Assembly (NCBI GenBank): GCA_036149055.1 | Contig: JAYZQJ010000079.1 | Coordinates: forward strand, 1 to 64,000 | Length of the DNA stretch: 64,000 bases | Direction of reading: 5' to 3' | DNA from: Myxococcota bacterium | GTDB taxonomy: Bacteria; Myxococcota_A; Polyangia; Polyangiales; Sandaracinaceae | Shown: piece after piece, positions 46,277-57,212 of the stretch | Layout: every line of letters begins with the position of its first letter | How positions within the stretch are numbered: the stretch's first letter is position 1 | Program-made: the position numbers and the translations under genes | The notes under the pieces: model-generated | The model's input: only the letters and a program-made list of their open reading frames with translations | Told to the model about the DNA's origin: nothing | Databases searched by the model: none

Positions 46277-47464
46277 ATGTCTCTCCCTCGCGGCGCGCTC
46301 GCTTGCCTCGCGGCGCTCGTCGTCGGCTGCGTGGACGCCCCCGACACCGAGCCCGCGCCGCTCGACGCAGGCTGGCCCGACGCGCGGCCGGTGACCCACG
46401 GCGCCGTGGTGGTCGGCGCGGTCCGCTACGAGGATCGCGTCTTCGACGAGGGCGGCTTCACCGGGGCGCTCGAGGCCCGGCCCGCGCGGCGGGTGCGCGT
46501 GCAGCTCTGGCGCGACGACGCGCTGCTCGCGGAGGGCTTCACGGAGGACGACGGCGGCTTCGTGCTGCCGCTGGGGGACGAGACGCGCGCCGACGAGACC
46601 CTGCGGGTGGTGGCGCGGGCCGAGGCGGCCTACGAGGGGCACACGGTGCGGGTCGCCGACCGGGCGCGCGCCGCCTCGGTGTACGCGCTCGAGGCCGAGG
46701 GGAGGGCGGACGCGCGCTTCGAGCTGATCGCGCGCGCCGACGACGTGGGGGGCGCCTTCAACGTGGTCGACGTCTCGGTCGACGCCTTCGCGCTCTACGC
46801 GCCTCACGTGGCCGCGCCCGCGCCGACGCTCACCTACCGCTGGGAGCGGGGGCGCGCGTACGACTGCGGCTCCTGCTACGGGGACGACGAGATCAGCCTC
46901 GGCGGCGGCTTCGACGACACCGACGAGTACGACGACGACATCGTGCTGCACGAGCTCGGTCACTACTTCGTCGACCACTACGGCCGGGACACCTCGCCGG
47001 CGGGGGCGCACCGGGACCGTCAGGTCGAGCCGGAGCTCGCCTACGGCGAGGGCCTCGCCTACTTCTTCGCGGCGATGGTCACCGGCCGGCCGATCATCGT
47101 CGACACCTTCCGCGGCTCGAACCGGGTGATCGACCTCGAGCGGCTGCTCCAGAACGGCGAGGCCAAGTCGGACTTCCGAGGGGTGACCGCGGACGGCCGG
47201 CTCCGCGAGGAGATCGTGGCCGGCGTGCTCTGGGACGCCTACGACGCCGACAGCGCCGAGGAGCCCTTCGACCGGGTGGCGATCGGCCGGGACGGAATGA
47301 TGCGGGTGCTGGTCGACCACTTCGGCGCGGACCGCGTCTGGCGCTCGATCGTGCTCGACGACTTCCTGGAGGCGCTGGTCTGCGTGGCCGGCGTGCCGGA
47401 GGACGACGCGGAGGCGCTGGCCGCGGATCGGGCCTACCCGTGGTCCCCAGCCGGGTGTCCGTGA
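46277..47464 (+). CDS. Lipoprotein zinc metallopeptidase (HExxH)
   Basis: Lipobox VVGC; VLHELGHY and downstream AYGEGLAYFF. Confidence 0.82.
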   Translation: MSLPRGALACLAALVVGCVDAPDTEPAPLDAGWPDARPVTHGAVVVGAVRYEDRVFDEGGFTGALEARPARRVRVQLWRDDALLAEGFTEDDGGFVLPLGDETRADETLRVVARAEAAYEGHTVRVADRARAASVYALEAEGRADARFELIARADDVGGAFNVVDVSVDAFALYAPHVAAPAPTLTYRWERGRAYDCGSCYGDDEISLGGGFDDTDEYDDDIVLHELGHYFVDHYGRDTSPAGAHRDRQVEPELAYGEGLAYFFAAMVTGRPIIVDTFRGSNRVIDLERLLQNGEAKSDFRGVTADGRLREEIVAGVLWDAYDADSAEEPFDRVAIGRDGMMRVLVDHFGADRVWRSIVLDDFLEALVCVAGVPEDDAEALAADRAYPWSPAGCP

Positions 47465-47490
47465 GAGGGTTTCGTGGTACGGCCCCGTCG

Positions 47491-48357
<867 letters not shown>

Positions 48358-48402
48358 TACCCTCCTGGCTCGCGGCGGCGCCGCGCACGAGGATGGAGAG
48401 GG

Positions 48403-50049
48403 ATGGGGCTGCTCGATCCGGAGCCGACGCCGTACGATCCGCTCGCCTGGCGTCGGATGCCGCTCGCCGAGCGGGGCCGGCTGGTGTGCGAGGCCTGGGC
48501 GATGCAGGGCTACGGCGCGCCCCTCGGCATCTACCTCGCGTACGGGCTCAAGGTGCTCGCCTACGTGGGCGGCTGGGTCTTCTTCTGCGGCTTCTCGCCC
48601 AGCCTCGGGCCGCCGCTCGAGATCGCCTCGTGGTGGCTCGCGCCGCTCGCGTTCCAGAAGGCGATCCTCTGGAGCATGCTCTTCGAGGTGCTCGGGCTCG
48701 GCTGCGGGAGCGGCCCGCTCACCGGGCGCTACTTCCCGCCGGTCGGCGGCTTCCTCTACTTCCTCCGCCCCGGGACGACCAAGCTGCCGCTCTTCCCGCG
48801 GGCGCCGCTCGTCGGCGGGGTGACGCGCAGCTGGCTCGACGTCGGGCTCTACGCGGCGCTCGTCGGCGTGCTCGTCGCGCTGCTCACCGCGCCCACCCTC
48901 GAGCCGCGGCTGCTGATGGCGGTGGCCGCGCTCGTCCCGATCCTCGGCGTGCTCGACCGCACGCTCTTCCTCGCGGCCCGCGCCGAGCACTACTGGGTCA
49001 CCGTCGTCGTCTTCCTCTTCGCCGGCGACTGGATCGCGGGGGCCAAGGCGGTGCAGCTCGCGCTCTGGTTCTTCGCCGGGTTCTCCAAGCTCAACCATCA
49101 CTTCCCCACCGTGGTGTGCGTGATGACCAGCAACGGCCCGCTCACCCGCTTCCGCTGGCTGCGCCGCCGCATGTACCGCGACTTCCCGCGCGACCTCCGC
49201 CCGTCGCGGCTCGCGGTCGTGCTCGCGCACCTCGGCACCGCGCTCGAGCTGGGCGTGCCCCTCGTGCTCGTCTTCGCGCCCGCCGGTGACCTCCTCGTCG
49301 TCGGCATGATCCTCATGCTCCTCTTGCACGGCTACATCACCAGCAACGTGCCGATGGGCGTGCCCATCGAGTGGAACGTGATGGTCGTCTACGGCGCGTT
49401 CGCGCTCTTCTGGGCGCACCCCGACGTCACGATCCTCGACCTCGGCTCGGCGCCGCTCGCGGTCTTCCTCGCGCTCGCGCTCGTGGCGCTGCCGCTCGCC
49501 GGCAACCTCCTGCCCGAGCGCCTCTCGTTCCTGCTGTCGATGCGCTACTACGCGGGGAACTGGGCCTACTCGGTCTGGCTCCTGCGCGAGGGCAGCCACG
49601 TGAAGCTCGCCAAGCTCCGAAAGTCGTCCGGCTGGATCTACGACCAGCTCGCCCGCTTCTACGACGAGGGCACCGCCGTCGGCCTCGTCGGCAAGGTGCT
49701 CGGCTTCCGGCTGATGCACCTCCACGGCCGGGCCCTGCCGCTGCTCATCCCGAAGGCGGTCGACCGCTTCGAGGACTACGAGTACCTCGACGGCGAGCTG
49801 ATCGCGGGCATGGCCCTCGGCTGGAATTTCGGCGACGGCCACCTCCACGACGAGCGCCTCCTGTCGGCCATCCAGGCGCAGTGCGGCTTCGAAGAGGGCG
49901 AGCTCCGATGCGTCTTCGTCGAGTCGCAGCCGCTGGGCCGCGGGCGCCTCGCCTACCGCATCGTCGACGCGAAGACCGGGGAGCTCGAGCGCGGCGCCCT
50001 CGACGTCGCCGAGCTCCGTACCCGTCAGCCCTGGGCGGCCGAGGCGTGA
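48403..50049 (+). CDS. DUF3556-like integral membrane protein
   Basis: LGLGCGSGPLTGR..PP.GGFLY.LRPGT..LP, PMGVPIEWN, SMRYYAGNW, GWNFGDGHLH (family recognised from memory). Confidence 0.82.
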   Translation: MGLLDPEPTPYDPLAWRRMPLAERGRLVCEAWAMQGYGAPLGIYLAYGLKVLAYVGGWVFFCGFSPSLGPPLEIASWWLAPLAFQKAILWSMLFEVLGLGCGSGPLTGRYFPPVGGFLYFLRPGTTKLPLFPRAPLVGGVTRSWLDVGLYAALVGVLVALLTAPTLEPRLLMAVAALVPILGVLDRTLFLAARAEHYWVTVVVFLFAGDWIAGAKAVQLALWFFAGFSKLNHHFPTVVCVMTSNGPLTRFRWLRRRMYRDFPRDLRPSRLAVVLAHLGTALELGVPLVLVFAPAGDLLVVGMILMLLLHGYITSNVPMGVPIEWNVMVVYGAFALFWAHPDVTILDLGSAPLAVFLALALVALPLAGNLLPERLSFLLSMRYYAGNWAYSVWLLREGSHVKLAKLRKSSGWIYDQLARFYDEGTAVGLVGKVLGFRLMHLHGRALPLLIPKAVDRFEDYEYLDGELIAGMALGWNFGDGHLHDERLLSAIQAQCGFEEGELRCVFVESQPLGRGRLAYRIVDAKTGELERGALDVAELRTRQPWAAEA

Positions 50050-51476
50050 CGGACGCGGTCGTCATCGGCTCGGGGCCGAACGGGCTGGCCGCCGCGGTCT
50101 CCCTCGCGCAGCAGGGCGCCGAGGTGCGGGTGATCGAGGGGCACGCGCAGATCGGCGGGGGCACCCGCACGGCGGAGCTCACGCTGCCCGGCTTCCATCA
50201 CGACGTCTGCTCGGCCGCGCACCCGATGGGCATCCTCTCGCCCTACCTCCGCACGCTGCCGCTCGAGGCGCACGGGCTGCGGTGGATCCAGCCGCCGATC
50301 AGCGTGGCGCATCCGCTCGACGACGGGCCGGCGGTGCTGCTCCACCGCGACCTCGAGGCGACGATGGCCCAGCTCGGGCCGGACGCCGGCGCCTACCGTC
50401 GCCTCATCGCGCCCTTCCTCTCGAACCCTCACGGCCTGCTCGAAGACCTGCTCGCGCCGCTCGGCATCCCGAAGCACCCGATCCAGATGCTGCGCTTCGG
50501 TCTGCGCGCGATCCGCTCGGCCACCGGGCTCTCGAAGCGCTTCCGCGAGGACCGCGCCCGGGCGCTGATCGCGGGCTGCGCCGCGCACGCGATCATGCCG
50601 CTCGACCACAAGCTCACCGCGGCGCTCGCGGTCGTCTTCCTCCTCACCGGGCACACCGCCGAGTGGCCGGTGGCGGAGGGCGGGAGCCACGCGATCACGA
50701 AGGCGCTCGCCTCGCTGCTCGAGAGCCTCGGCGGGCGGATCGAGACCGGCCGCTGGGTCCGCTCGCTCGCCGACCTGCCGCCCGCGCGGATCTATCTCTT
50801 CGACACCGCGCCCCGCGGGCTCGCCGACATCGCGGGCTCGGTCCTCCCCGACCGCTACCTGCGCCGCCTCTCTCGCTTCCGCTACGGCCCCGGCGTCTTC
50901 AAGCTCGACTGGGCCCTCGACGGACCCATCCCCTGGCGCGATCCGCGGGCCCGCGAGGCGTCGACCGTGCACGTCGGCGGCACGCTCGAGGAGATCGCGG
51001 CCAGCGAGGCGGCGATGTGGCGGGGCGAGCACCCCGAGCGCCCCTTCGTGCTCGTGGTGCAGCAGAGCGAATTCGACCCGTCCCGGGCCCCGGCCGGCAA
51101 GCACACGGGCTACGGCTACTGCCACGTGCCGCACGGCTCCACCGTCGATCACACGGCCGCGATCGAAGCCCAGATGGAGCGCTTCGCGCCCGGGTTCCGG
51201 GACCTGGTGCTCGCGCGCCACGCGATGACGGCCGCCGACTTCGAGGCCTACGATCCCGCCTACGTCGGCGGCGCGATCACCGGCGGCGTCGCCGACCTCT
51301 TCCAGCTCTTCACCCGGCCGGTCGCGCGCCTCAGCCCCTACACCACGCCCAACCCGCGCGTCTTCCTCTGCTCGGCCTCCACCCCGCCCGGCGGCGGTGT
51401 CCACGGGATGTGCGGCTTCCACGCCGCGAAGGTGGCCGCCCGCCGCCTCTCGCGCTTCCCGGTCTCGCCGCTCTAG
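50046..51476 (+). CDS. NAD(P)/FAD-dependent oxidoreductase, phytoene dehydrogenase-like
   Basis: GSGPNGLAAA, HDVCSAAHP, STPPGGGVHGMCG; GTGA overlap. Confidence 0.9.
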   Translation: MTDAVVIGSGPNGLAAAVSLAQQGAEVRVIEGHAQIGGGTRTAELTLPGFHHDVCSAAHPMGILSPYLRTLPLEAHGLRWIQPPISVAHPLDDGPAVLLHRDLEATMAQLGPDAGAYRRLIAPFLSNPHGLLEDLLAPLGIPKHPIQMLRFGLRAIRSATGLSKRFREDRARALIAGCAAHAIMPLDHKLTAALAVVFLLTGHTAEWPVAEGGSHAITKALASLLESLGGRIETGRWVRSLADLPPARIYLFDTAPRGLADIAGSVLPDRYLRRLSRFRYGPGVFKLDWALDGPIPWRDPRAREASTVHVGGTLEEIAASEAAMWRGEHPERPFVLVVQQSEFDPSRAPAGKHTGYGYCHVPHGSTVDHTAAIEAQMERFAPGFRDLVLARHAMTAADFEAYDPAYVGGAITGGVADLFQLFTRPVARLSPYTTPNPRVFLCSASTPPGGGVHGMCGFHAAKVAARRLSRFPVSPL

Positions 51477-51537
51477 CAGTGCGCGGCGAATATGCGCGTG
51501 ATGGATCGGCGAGCGCAGTCATTTTCGCCGCGGGCTG

Positions 51538-52152
51538 CTAGACGTCCAGATCCCAGCTGGCGGCGACGCGGACGAGCTCGGCCTGGGTGCGCACGCCGAG
51601 CTTGCGGCGGATGCGGTCGCTGTAGGTGTAGACGGTGCTCGCCGAGAGGCCGAGCGCGAAGGCCGCCTCCTTGGTCGTCTCGCCGGTGGCGAGGCGCTCG
51701 AAGACCTGGAGCTCGCGCGGGGTCAGGATCTCGTCGGGGGCCTGCGCCGCCGGCGCGTCGAGCAGGGCCTGGAGCTCGGGCGGGAGGCGTCGCTCGCCGC
51801 GGTGCAGGGCGTGGAGCGCGTCGACGTAGTCCTCGAGCGAGCTCGACTTGGGCAGGTAGCCGCGCGCGCCGGCGTGCACGAGCGCGGCGATGGCGGCGTC
51901 GATCGGGTGCAGCGTGAAGAGCAGGATCGGGGCGCCGAAGCGGGCCACCGCCTCCACCGTGCGCGGCCCGGCCATCCCGGGCATCTGGACGTCGAGGCTG
52001 ATGACGTCCACCTCGTGCGCCTGGGCCAGCTCCAGCAGCGCCTCGACGCCGCCCGCCGACGCGGTGACCTCGAAGGAGGGCTCCACCTCGGCGAAGCGCG
52101 TGATGCCCTGCACGACGATCGGGTGGTCGTCGGCCACGAGCACCCGGATCAC
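51538..52152 (-). CDS. NarL/LuxR-family response regulator
   Basis: ADDHP, LDVQMPG, GYLPK, LTPRELQV..LSASTV. Confidence 0.92.
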   Translation of the reverse strand: MIRVLVADDHPIVVQGITRFAEVEPSFEVTASAGGVEALLELAQAHEVDVISLDVQMPGMAGPRTVEAVARFGAPILLFTLHPIDAAIAALVHAGARGYLPKSSSLEDYVDALHALHRGERRLPPELQALLDAPAAQAPDEILTPRELQVFERLATGETTKEAAFALGLSASTVYTYSDRIRRKLGVRTQAELVRVAASWDLDV

Positions 52153-53462
52153 GCCGACGCCTCCAGCCGGGGCGCGGGGGCGAGGGGCACGTGCAGGCGG
52201 ATGGCGGTGCCGCCCGCGCCGCTCTCGATGTCGAGCTCCCCGCCCAGCGCCGCCGCTCGCTCGCGCAGCCCGCGCAGCCCGTAGCCGGTCGCGGCGATCC
52301 GGGGGTCGAAGCCCCGGCCGTCGTCGACCACCTCGGCGGTCACGCGGCGCGCGTCGCCGTCGACCGAGACCCGCACGCTCGAGGCGCGGGCGTGCTTGAA
52401 GGCGTTGGTGAGCGCCTCCTGCACGAGGCGGTAGATGGCCTCGCGCTCCCGCGGGGGCAGCGGCGTCTCCAGCCGCACGGACGTGCTGAGGGCGAGCTCG
52501 GAGCGCGCCCGCAGCGGCGCCACCAGCTCCTCGAGGCTGCGCGACAGCGGCGGGAGGCTCCGGGGCTCTCGGAGGCGGTCGATGAAGCGCCGCACCGAGC
52601 CGTCGAGCGTCTCGACGACGTTGGACAGGTAGTCGAGCTTGGGGCCGTCGCCGGCGGGCACGTCGGCGAGCCGCCGCTCGAGGTGGGCCAGCTCCATGCG
52701 CACGCCGACGATCAGCTGGCCGAGGTCGTCGTGGAGCTGGCGCGCCACGTCCGCGCGCTCGGTGGTGGCCGACTCCAGCGCGGTGGCGAGATCCCCGAGG
52801 GCGCGCGAGCGATCGTCGACCTCGCGCTCCAGCCGCGAGGCGTGGGCGGCGAGCTGCGCCTGCTGCCGCTCGAGCCGGCGACCGAAGAGAAACCGGTCTC
52901 GCATGATCCGGTGCACGTTGTGCCCGAGCACCACGCTGATCACCGTCACCGCGGTCAGCACCACCATCGGCACGTGGATCATCGGGTGATCCAGGTAGGC
53001 GGGGCTCCGCGCGAAGTAGGTGACGGCGAAGGTGCCGGCCCCCGCGAGGGTCATCAGGATCCGCGCGCGCAGCCGCAGCGGGAGGCTGATCGAGAGCGGC
53101 GGGAGGGTGTAGACGACGTAGAAGAAGGGGCTGTCGAGGGCGCCCATCCGGCTCACGTGCATCGCCGCGCCCCACGCGGTCGCCGTGTGCATGACGAGGG
53201 CGAAGACGAGGGGGCGGCGGCCGGCGAGCGGCAGGTAGCGGAAGATCAGCCAGGACGCCGCGGCCACGCCGGTGAGCACCCCGAGCCAGAGGCGGCCCGG
53301 GCCCTCGAGGGGCTGCCCCGCCAGCGCGATCCTGCCGATGATCCAGGCGCCCGCGAACAGGCCCACGCAGACCGCCGCGGTGCGCTCCATGCGCCGGCGG
53401 ATCTCCTCGAGGGTGAACTGTTCGAAGGCGCGGGCGTCGGCCGCCGTCGTCCTCTCGTCCAC
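52149..53462 (-). CDS. Membrane sensor histidine kinase (HisKA_3 type)
   Basis: About 6 TMs; RQLHDDLGQ, QEALTNAFKH, DDGRGF, GYGLRGLRER. Confidence 0.92.
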   Translation of the reverse strand: MDERTTAADARAFEQFTLEEIRRRMERTAAVCVGLFAGAWIIGRIALAGQPLEGPGRLWLGVLTGVAAASWLIFRYLPLAGRRPLVFALVMHTATAWGAAMHVSRMGALDSPFFYVVYTLPPLSISLPLRLRARILMTLAGAGTFAVTYFARSPAYLDHPMIHVPMVVLTAVTVISVVLGHNVHRIMRDRFLFGRRLERQQAQLAAHASRLEREVDDRSRALGDLATALESATTERADVARQLHDDLGQLIVGVRMELAHLERRLADVPAGDGPKLDYLSNVVETLDGSVRRFIDRLREPRSLPPLSRSLEELVAPLRARSELALSTSVRLETPLPPREREAIYRLVQEALTNAFKHARASSVRVSVDGDARRVTAEVVDDGRGFDPRIAATGYGLRGLRERAAALGGELDIESGAGGTAIRLHVPLAPAPRLEASA

Positions 53463-53514
53463 GGTGAGGACACCCTAGCACCTGGCCTCGCCGAGGGGCC
53501 ATTTCGCCCCGGTT

Positions 53515-53862
53515 TCAGTACCTCTTCTGGAAGAGCTCGACGCGCACGTTCCCGGGCATGCGGAAGTGGATCACGAGGCCGTAGCCCTGGTCCTGGATCT
53601 CGTCGTCGAACTCGACGCCGCGCTCCTTCAGCTCCGCCACCGTCTTCTCGATGTCGTCGCAGATGAACGACACGTCGTGGGTGCCCGACGGCGGCGCGCC
53701 CTCGTGGTCGACCGGGTGCACGCCCATGTCGGCCATCGGCAGGTCGAAGATCAGCCAGCCGCCGCCCACGTCGCGCGCCGGGATCTTCAGCTTGTCGCGC
53801 ATGAACGCGCGCAGCGCCTCCGCCTCTTCCGAGAAGTACATGCCGTGAATGCCGGTGATCAT
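53515..53862 (-). CDS. VOC/glyoxalase-family protein
   Basis: GGGWLIF, FICDDIEKTVAELKERGV, ELFQ; ATGA overlap, SD aggagg. Confidence 0.88.
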   Translation of the reverse strand: MITGIHGMYFSEEAEALRAFMRDKLKIPARDVGGGWLIFDLPMADMGVHPVDHEGAPPSGTHDVSFICDDIEKTVAELKERGVEFDDEIQDQGYGLVIHFRMPGNVRVELFQKRY

Positions 53863-54812
53863 CGCGTCCCCTCCTTCTGCGCGAGCTTGTGTCGCGCCTT
53901 CTTCACCGCGAACGCCACGCCCTGGGCGTTCAGCTCCATGTCGGTCTTCAGGATCTCTCTCGCGCCGCCGTCGTCGGCCAGCCCGTGGGTCTCGAGCAGC
54001 TGGTCGAAGAGCGCGCGGACCCGAGCCTCGCAGAACGCGTCGAGCGCGTCCTCGTCGATCTCGTCCGCGAGCGCCTGCGCCACGATGCCGCCGTAGACGT
54101 CGAGCTGCCGATGCAGCTGCCCGGCGATGCCCTCGAGCTGCTCGTGGCCGCCGAAGTGCGTGAGGTAGGCGCGGTCGGCGCCGGTGGCGACGATGCGGTC
54201 GAGGCTCGCCTTGGCCGCCGGCGCGTCGAAGTCGGTCGGCGACGTCGAGGGGATGGCGAACAGCCCGTGGTGCTGGAGCCGCGGGTAGACGAGGCCGAAG
54301 GCGTCGCCGGTGAAGATCGCGTTCGTCTTCGAGTCGAGCACGCAGAAGTGATGGTTGGCGTGCCCGCGGGTGTGCAGGAACGTCAGGGTCCGCGCTCCCC
54401 ACCGCAGGGTCTCGCCGTCGTCCATCGTGCGGACCCGGGCCTCGTCGATCGGCCGGATCTCGCCGTAGAGCGAGGCGAAGGTCTCCTCGCCGTAGACCTG
54501 CTGCGCGCTGGCCACGAGCTTGCTCGGATCGATGGCGTGGCGGGCCGCGCGCGGGTGGGCCAGGAGCGTCGCGTTGGGGCACGCCTCCATCAGCGCGGAG
54601 GCGCCGCCGGCGTGGTCGAGGTGCACGTGGGTGATGATCACCCAGTCGACCGCCTCGGGCTGCAGGCCCTCGGCCTCCAGGGCCGCGAGCAGCTTCGGGA
54701 CCGCGTGCGTCGTGTTCGTCTCGACGAACGCCGCGCGGTCGCCCTCGCGCATCAGGTAGGCGGCGGCGAAGCCCTCGCCCAGGTAGTCGCAGTCGATGGT
54801 GGTGACGCTCAT
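53859..54812 (-). CDS. MBL-fold metallo-hydrolase
   Basis: THVHLDHAGG, GHANHH, FTGD, THFG. Confidence 0.92.
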   Translation of the reverse strand: MSVTTIDCDYLGEGFAAAYLMREGDRAAFVETNTTHAVPKLLAALEAEGLQPEAVDWVIITHVHLDHAGGASALMEACPNATLLAHPRAARHAIDPSKLVASAQQVYGEETFASLYGEIRPIDEARVRTMDDGETLRWGARTLTFLHTRGHANHHFCVLDSKTNAIFTGDAFGLVYPRLQHHGLFAIPSTSPTDFDAPAAKASLDRIVATGADRAYLTHFGGHEQLEGIAGQLHRQLDVYGGIVAQALADEIDEDALDAFCEARVRALFDQLLETHGLADDGGAREILKTDMELNAQGVAFAVKKARHKLAQKEGTR

Positions 54813-54841
54813 GTGCGGGAGTCTGCCGAGCGCCGCCCCGA

Positions 54842-54878
54842 ACGCAAACGCCCCCGGAGCGGGCAGCTCCGAGGGCGT
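54842..54878 (-). terminator. Intrinsic terminator after EF-G gene
   Basis: Minus strand acgccctcggagc-tgccc-gctccgggggcgt followed by ttgcgtt. Confidence 0.72.
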
Positions 54879-54901
54879 CGCGTGTGAGGCGAGGGCGGGA
54901 G

Positions 54902-56992
54902 CTACTTGCGCTGCTCCTGACGCGCCTTCACCTCCTCCTTGACCTTCTCGACGATGTTGTTCGGCACCGGGGAGTAGTGGCTGAACTCCATCGAGAACTG
55001 GCCGCGGCCCGAGGTGGTCGAGCGGAGGTCGCCGATGTAGCCGAACATCTCGGCGAGGGGCACGTCCGCCTTGATGCGCACGTTGGTCGGGCCCTGCTCC
55101 TGGCTCTTGATCATGCCGCGCCGACGGTTGAGGTCGCCGATGACGTCGCCGACGTTGTCCTCGGGCACGAAGACGTCGACCTTCATGATCGGCTCGAGCA
55201 GCTGCGGGCCGCACTTCGGCATGGTCTGCCGGAACGCCGCGCGGGCCGCCGCCTCGAAGGCCATCTGCGAGGAGTCGACGGCGTGGAAGCCGCCGTCCGT
55301 GAGGATGAGCTTGAAGTCGAGGAGCGGGAAGCCGACGAGCGGGCCCTTGTCGATCTGGCTCTTGAAGCCCTTCTCGACCGAGGGGATGTACTCCTTCGGC
55401 ACGTTGCCGCCGGTGACCTTCGACTCGAAGACGAAGCCGGTGCCGGCCTCGCCGGGCTCGACCGTGTAGTCGATCTTCGCGAACTGGCCGGAGCCGCCGG
55501 TCTGCTTCTTGTGGGTGTAGCTGTCGGTGACGGTCTGGGTGATCGTCTCGCGGTAGGCCACCTGCGGCTTGCCGACGTCGGCCTCGACGCCGTGGGTCCG
55601 CTTGAGGATGTCCACCTTGATGTCGAGGTGGAGCTCGCCCATGCCCTTCATGATCGTGTCGCCCGACTCCTCGTCGACCTCGACGTGGAAGGACGGATCC
55701 TCGGCGACCATCTTGCCGAGCGCGGCGTTGAGCTTCTCGCTGTTGGCCTTGTCGCGCGGGATGATCGCGACCGAGATGACCGGGTCGGGGAAGACCATCG
55801 GCTCCAGCGTCGCCGGGTTCTTCACGTCCGCGAGGGTGTGACCGGTGCGCACGTTCTTGAGGCCGACGGCGGCGACGATGTCACCGGCCTGGGCCACGTC
55901 GAGCATGGTGCGGTCGTTCGCGTGCATCTCCACCATGCGGCCGATGCGCTCGGTCTTGCCGGTGAAGGTGTTGAGCAGGGTGTCGCCCTTGTTGATGGTG
56001 CCCGAGTAGACGCGGATGAAGGTCAGCGCGCCGAAGCGGTCGTCCATGATCTTGAAGGCGAGCGCCCGGACGGGACCGGTCGGGTCGACGACCGCGTGAC
56101 CGCCGGTCTCGTTGCCCTCGAGGTCGATCTCGGGCTGCGGCGGGACCTCGGTGGGGTCGGGGAGGTAGTCGACGACCGCGTCGAGCACCTGCTGCACGCC
56201 CTTGTTCTTGAACGAGGAGCCGCAGTAGGTGGGGAAGAACGCGAGGTCGCGCGTGCCCTTGCGGATGCAGCGCTTGATGGTCGCGACGTCGGGCTGCTCG
56301 CCCTCGAGGTACTTCTCGAAGACCTCGTCGTCCTGCTCGATGGCGGTCTCGACGAGCTCGGTGCGGTACTTCTCGACGTCCGCCTTCATGTCCTCGGGGA
56401 CGTCCTTGACCTCGTAGTTCTCGGGGAGACCGGTGTCGTCCCAGATGTAGGCCTTGCGCTCGAGGAGGTCGACGACGCCGACGAAGTCACCCTCGGTGCC
56501 GATCGGGAGCACCATGACGAGGGGCTTGGCCGCGAGGACGGTCTTGATCTGGTCGACCACGCGGTAGAAGTCGGCGCCGAGGCGGTCGAGCTTGTTCACG
56601 TAGATGATGCGCGCGACCTTGGAGTTGTTGGCGTAGCGCCAGTTCGTCTCCGACTGGGGCTCCACGCCACCCGAGCCGCAGAAGACGCCCACGCCGCCGT
56701 CGAGCACCTTGAGCGAGCGGTAGACCTCGATGGTGAAGTCGACGTGCCCGGGGGTGTCGATGATGTTCAGGCGATGATCCTTCCAGAAGCAGGTCGTGGC
56801 GGCCGACTGAATCGTGATGCCGCGCTCCTGCTCCTGCTCCATGAAGTCGGTCGTGGCGGCACCGTCGTGCACCTCGCCGAGCTTGTGGATCTTACCGGTG
56901 AGCTTGAGGATCCGCTCCGTCGTGGTCGTCTTGCCCGCGTCCACGTGGGCGAAGATCCCGATGTTGCGGTACTTGCTGAGGTCCTTCGTCAT
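54902..56992 (-). CDS. fusA: Elongation factor G (stand-alone paralog)
   Basis: [46 protein letters not shown]. Confidence 0.96.
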   Translation of the reverse strand: MTKDLSKYRNIGIFAHVDAGKTTTTERILKLTGKIHKLGEVHDGAATTDFMEQEQERGITIQSAATTCFWKDHRLNIIDTPGHVDFTIEVYRSLKVLDGGVGVFCGSGGVEPQSETNWRYANNSKVARIIYVNKLDRLGADFYRVVDQIKTVLAAKPLVMVLPIGTEGDFVGVVDLLERKAYIWDDTGLPENYEVKDVPEDMKADVEKYRTELVETAIEQDDEVFEKYLEGEQPDVATIKRCIRKGTRDLAFFPTYCGSSFKNKGVQQVLDAVVDYLPDPTEVPPQPEIDLEGNETGGHAVVDPTGPVRALAFKIMDDRFGALTFIRVYSGTINKGDTLLNTFTGKTERIGRMVEMHANDRTMLDVAQAGDIVAAVGLKNVRTGHTLADVKNPATLEPMVFPDPVISVAIIPRDKANSEKLNAALGKMVAEDPSFHVEVDEESGDTIMKGMGELHLDIKVDILKRTHGVEADVGKPQVAYRETITQTVTDSYTHKKQTGGSGQFAKIDYTVEPGEAGTGFVFESKVTGGNVPKEYIPSVEKGFKSQIDKGPLVGFPLLDFKLILTDGGFHAVDSSQMAFEAAARAAFRQTMPKCGPQLLEPIMKVDVFVPEDNVGDVIGDLNRRRGMIKSQEQGPTNVRIKADVPLAEMFGYIGDLRSTTSGRGQFSMEFSHYSPVPNNIVEKVKEEVKARQEQRK

Positions 56993-57212
56993 CGCCTGTC
57001 CATTTCGTCCGGCCTGCTGCCGGGCATGCACTTCGGAGGCCGCTTCCTAGCGAAGAAAAGCCCGGTCCGCCAGTGGACGGATCGGGCACGTCGGCCCGCG
57101 CGCCCCGGGAGCGCGCTCCGGGCGCGTTATGCCCGGAAAAAGCTGGCCCCGCCACCGAATCCGGAATGACGGATCGGGGCGGGGCCGAGACTGCCTCGGG
57201 CGGCCGGCGGGA

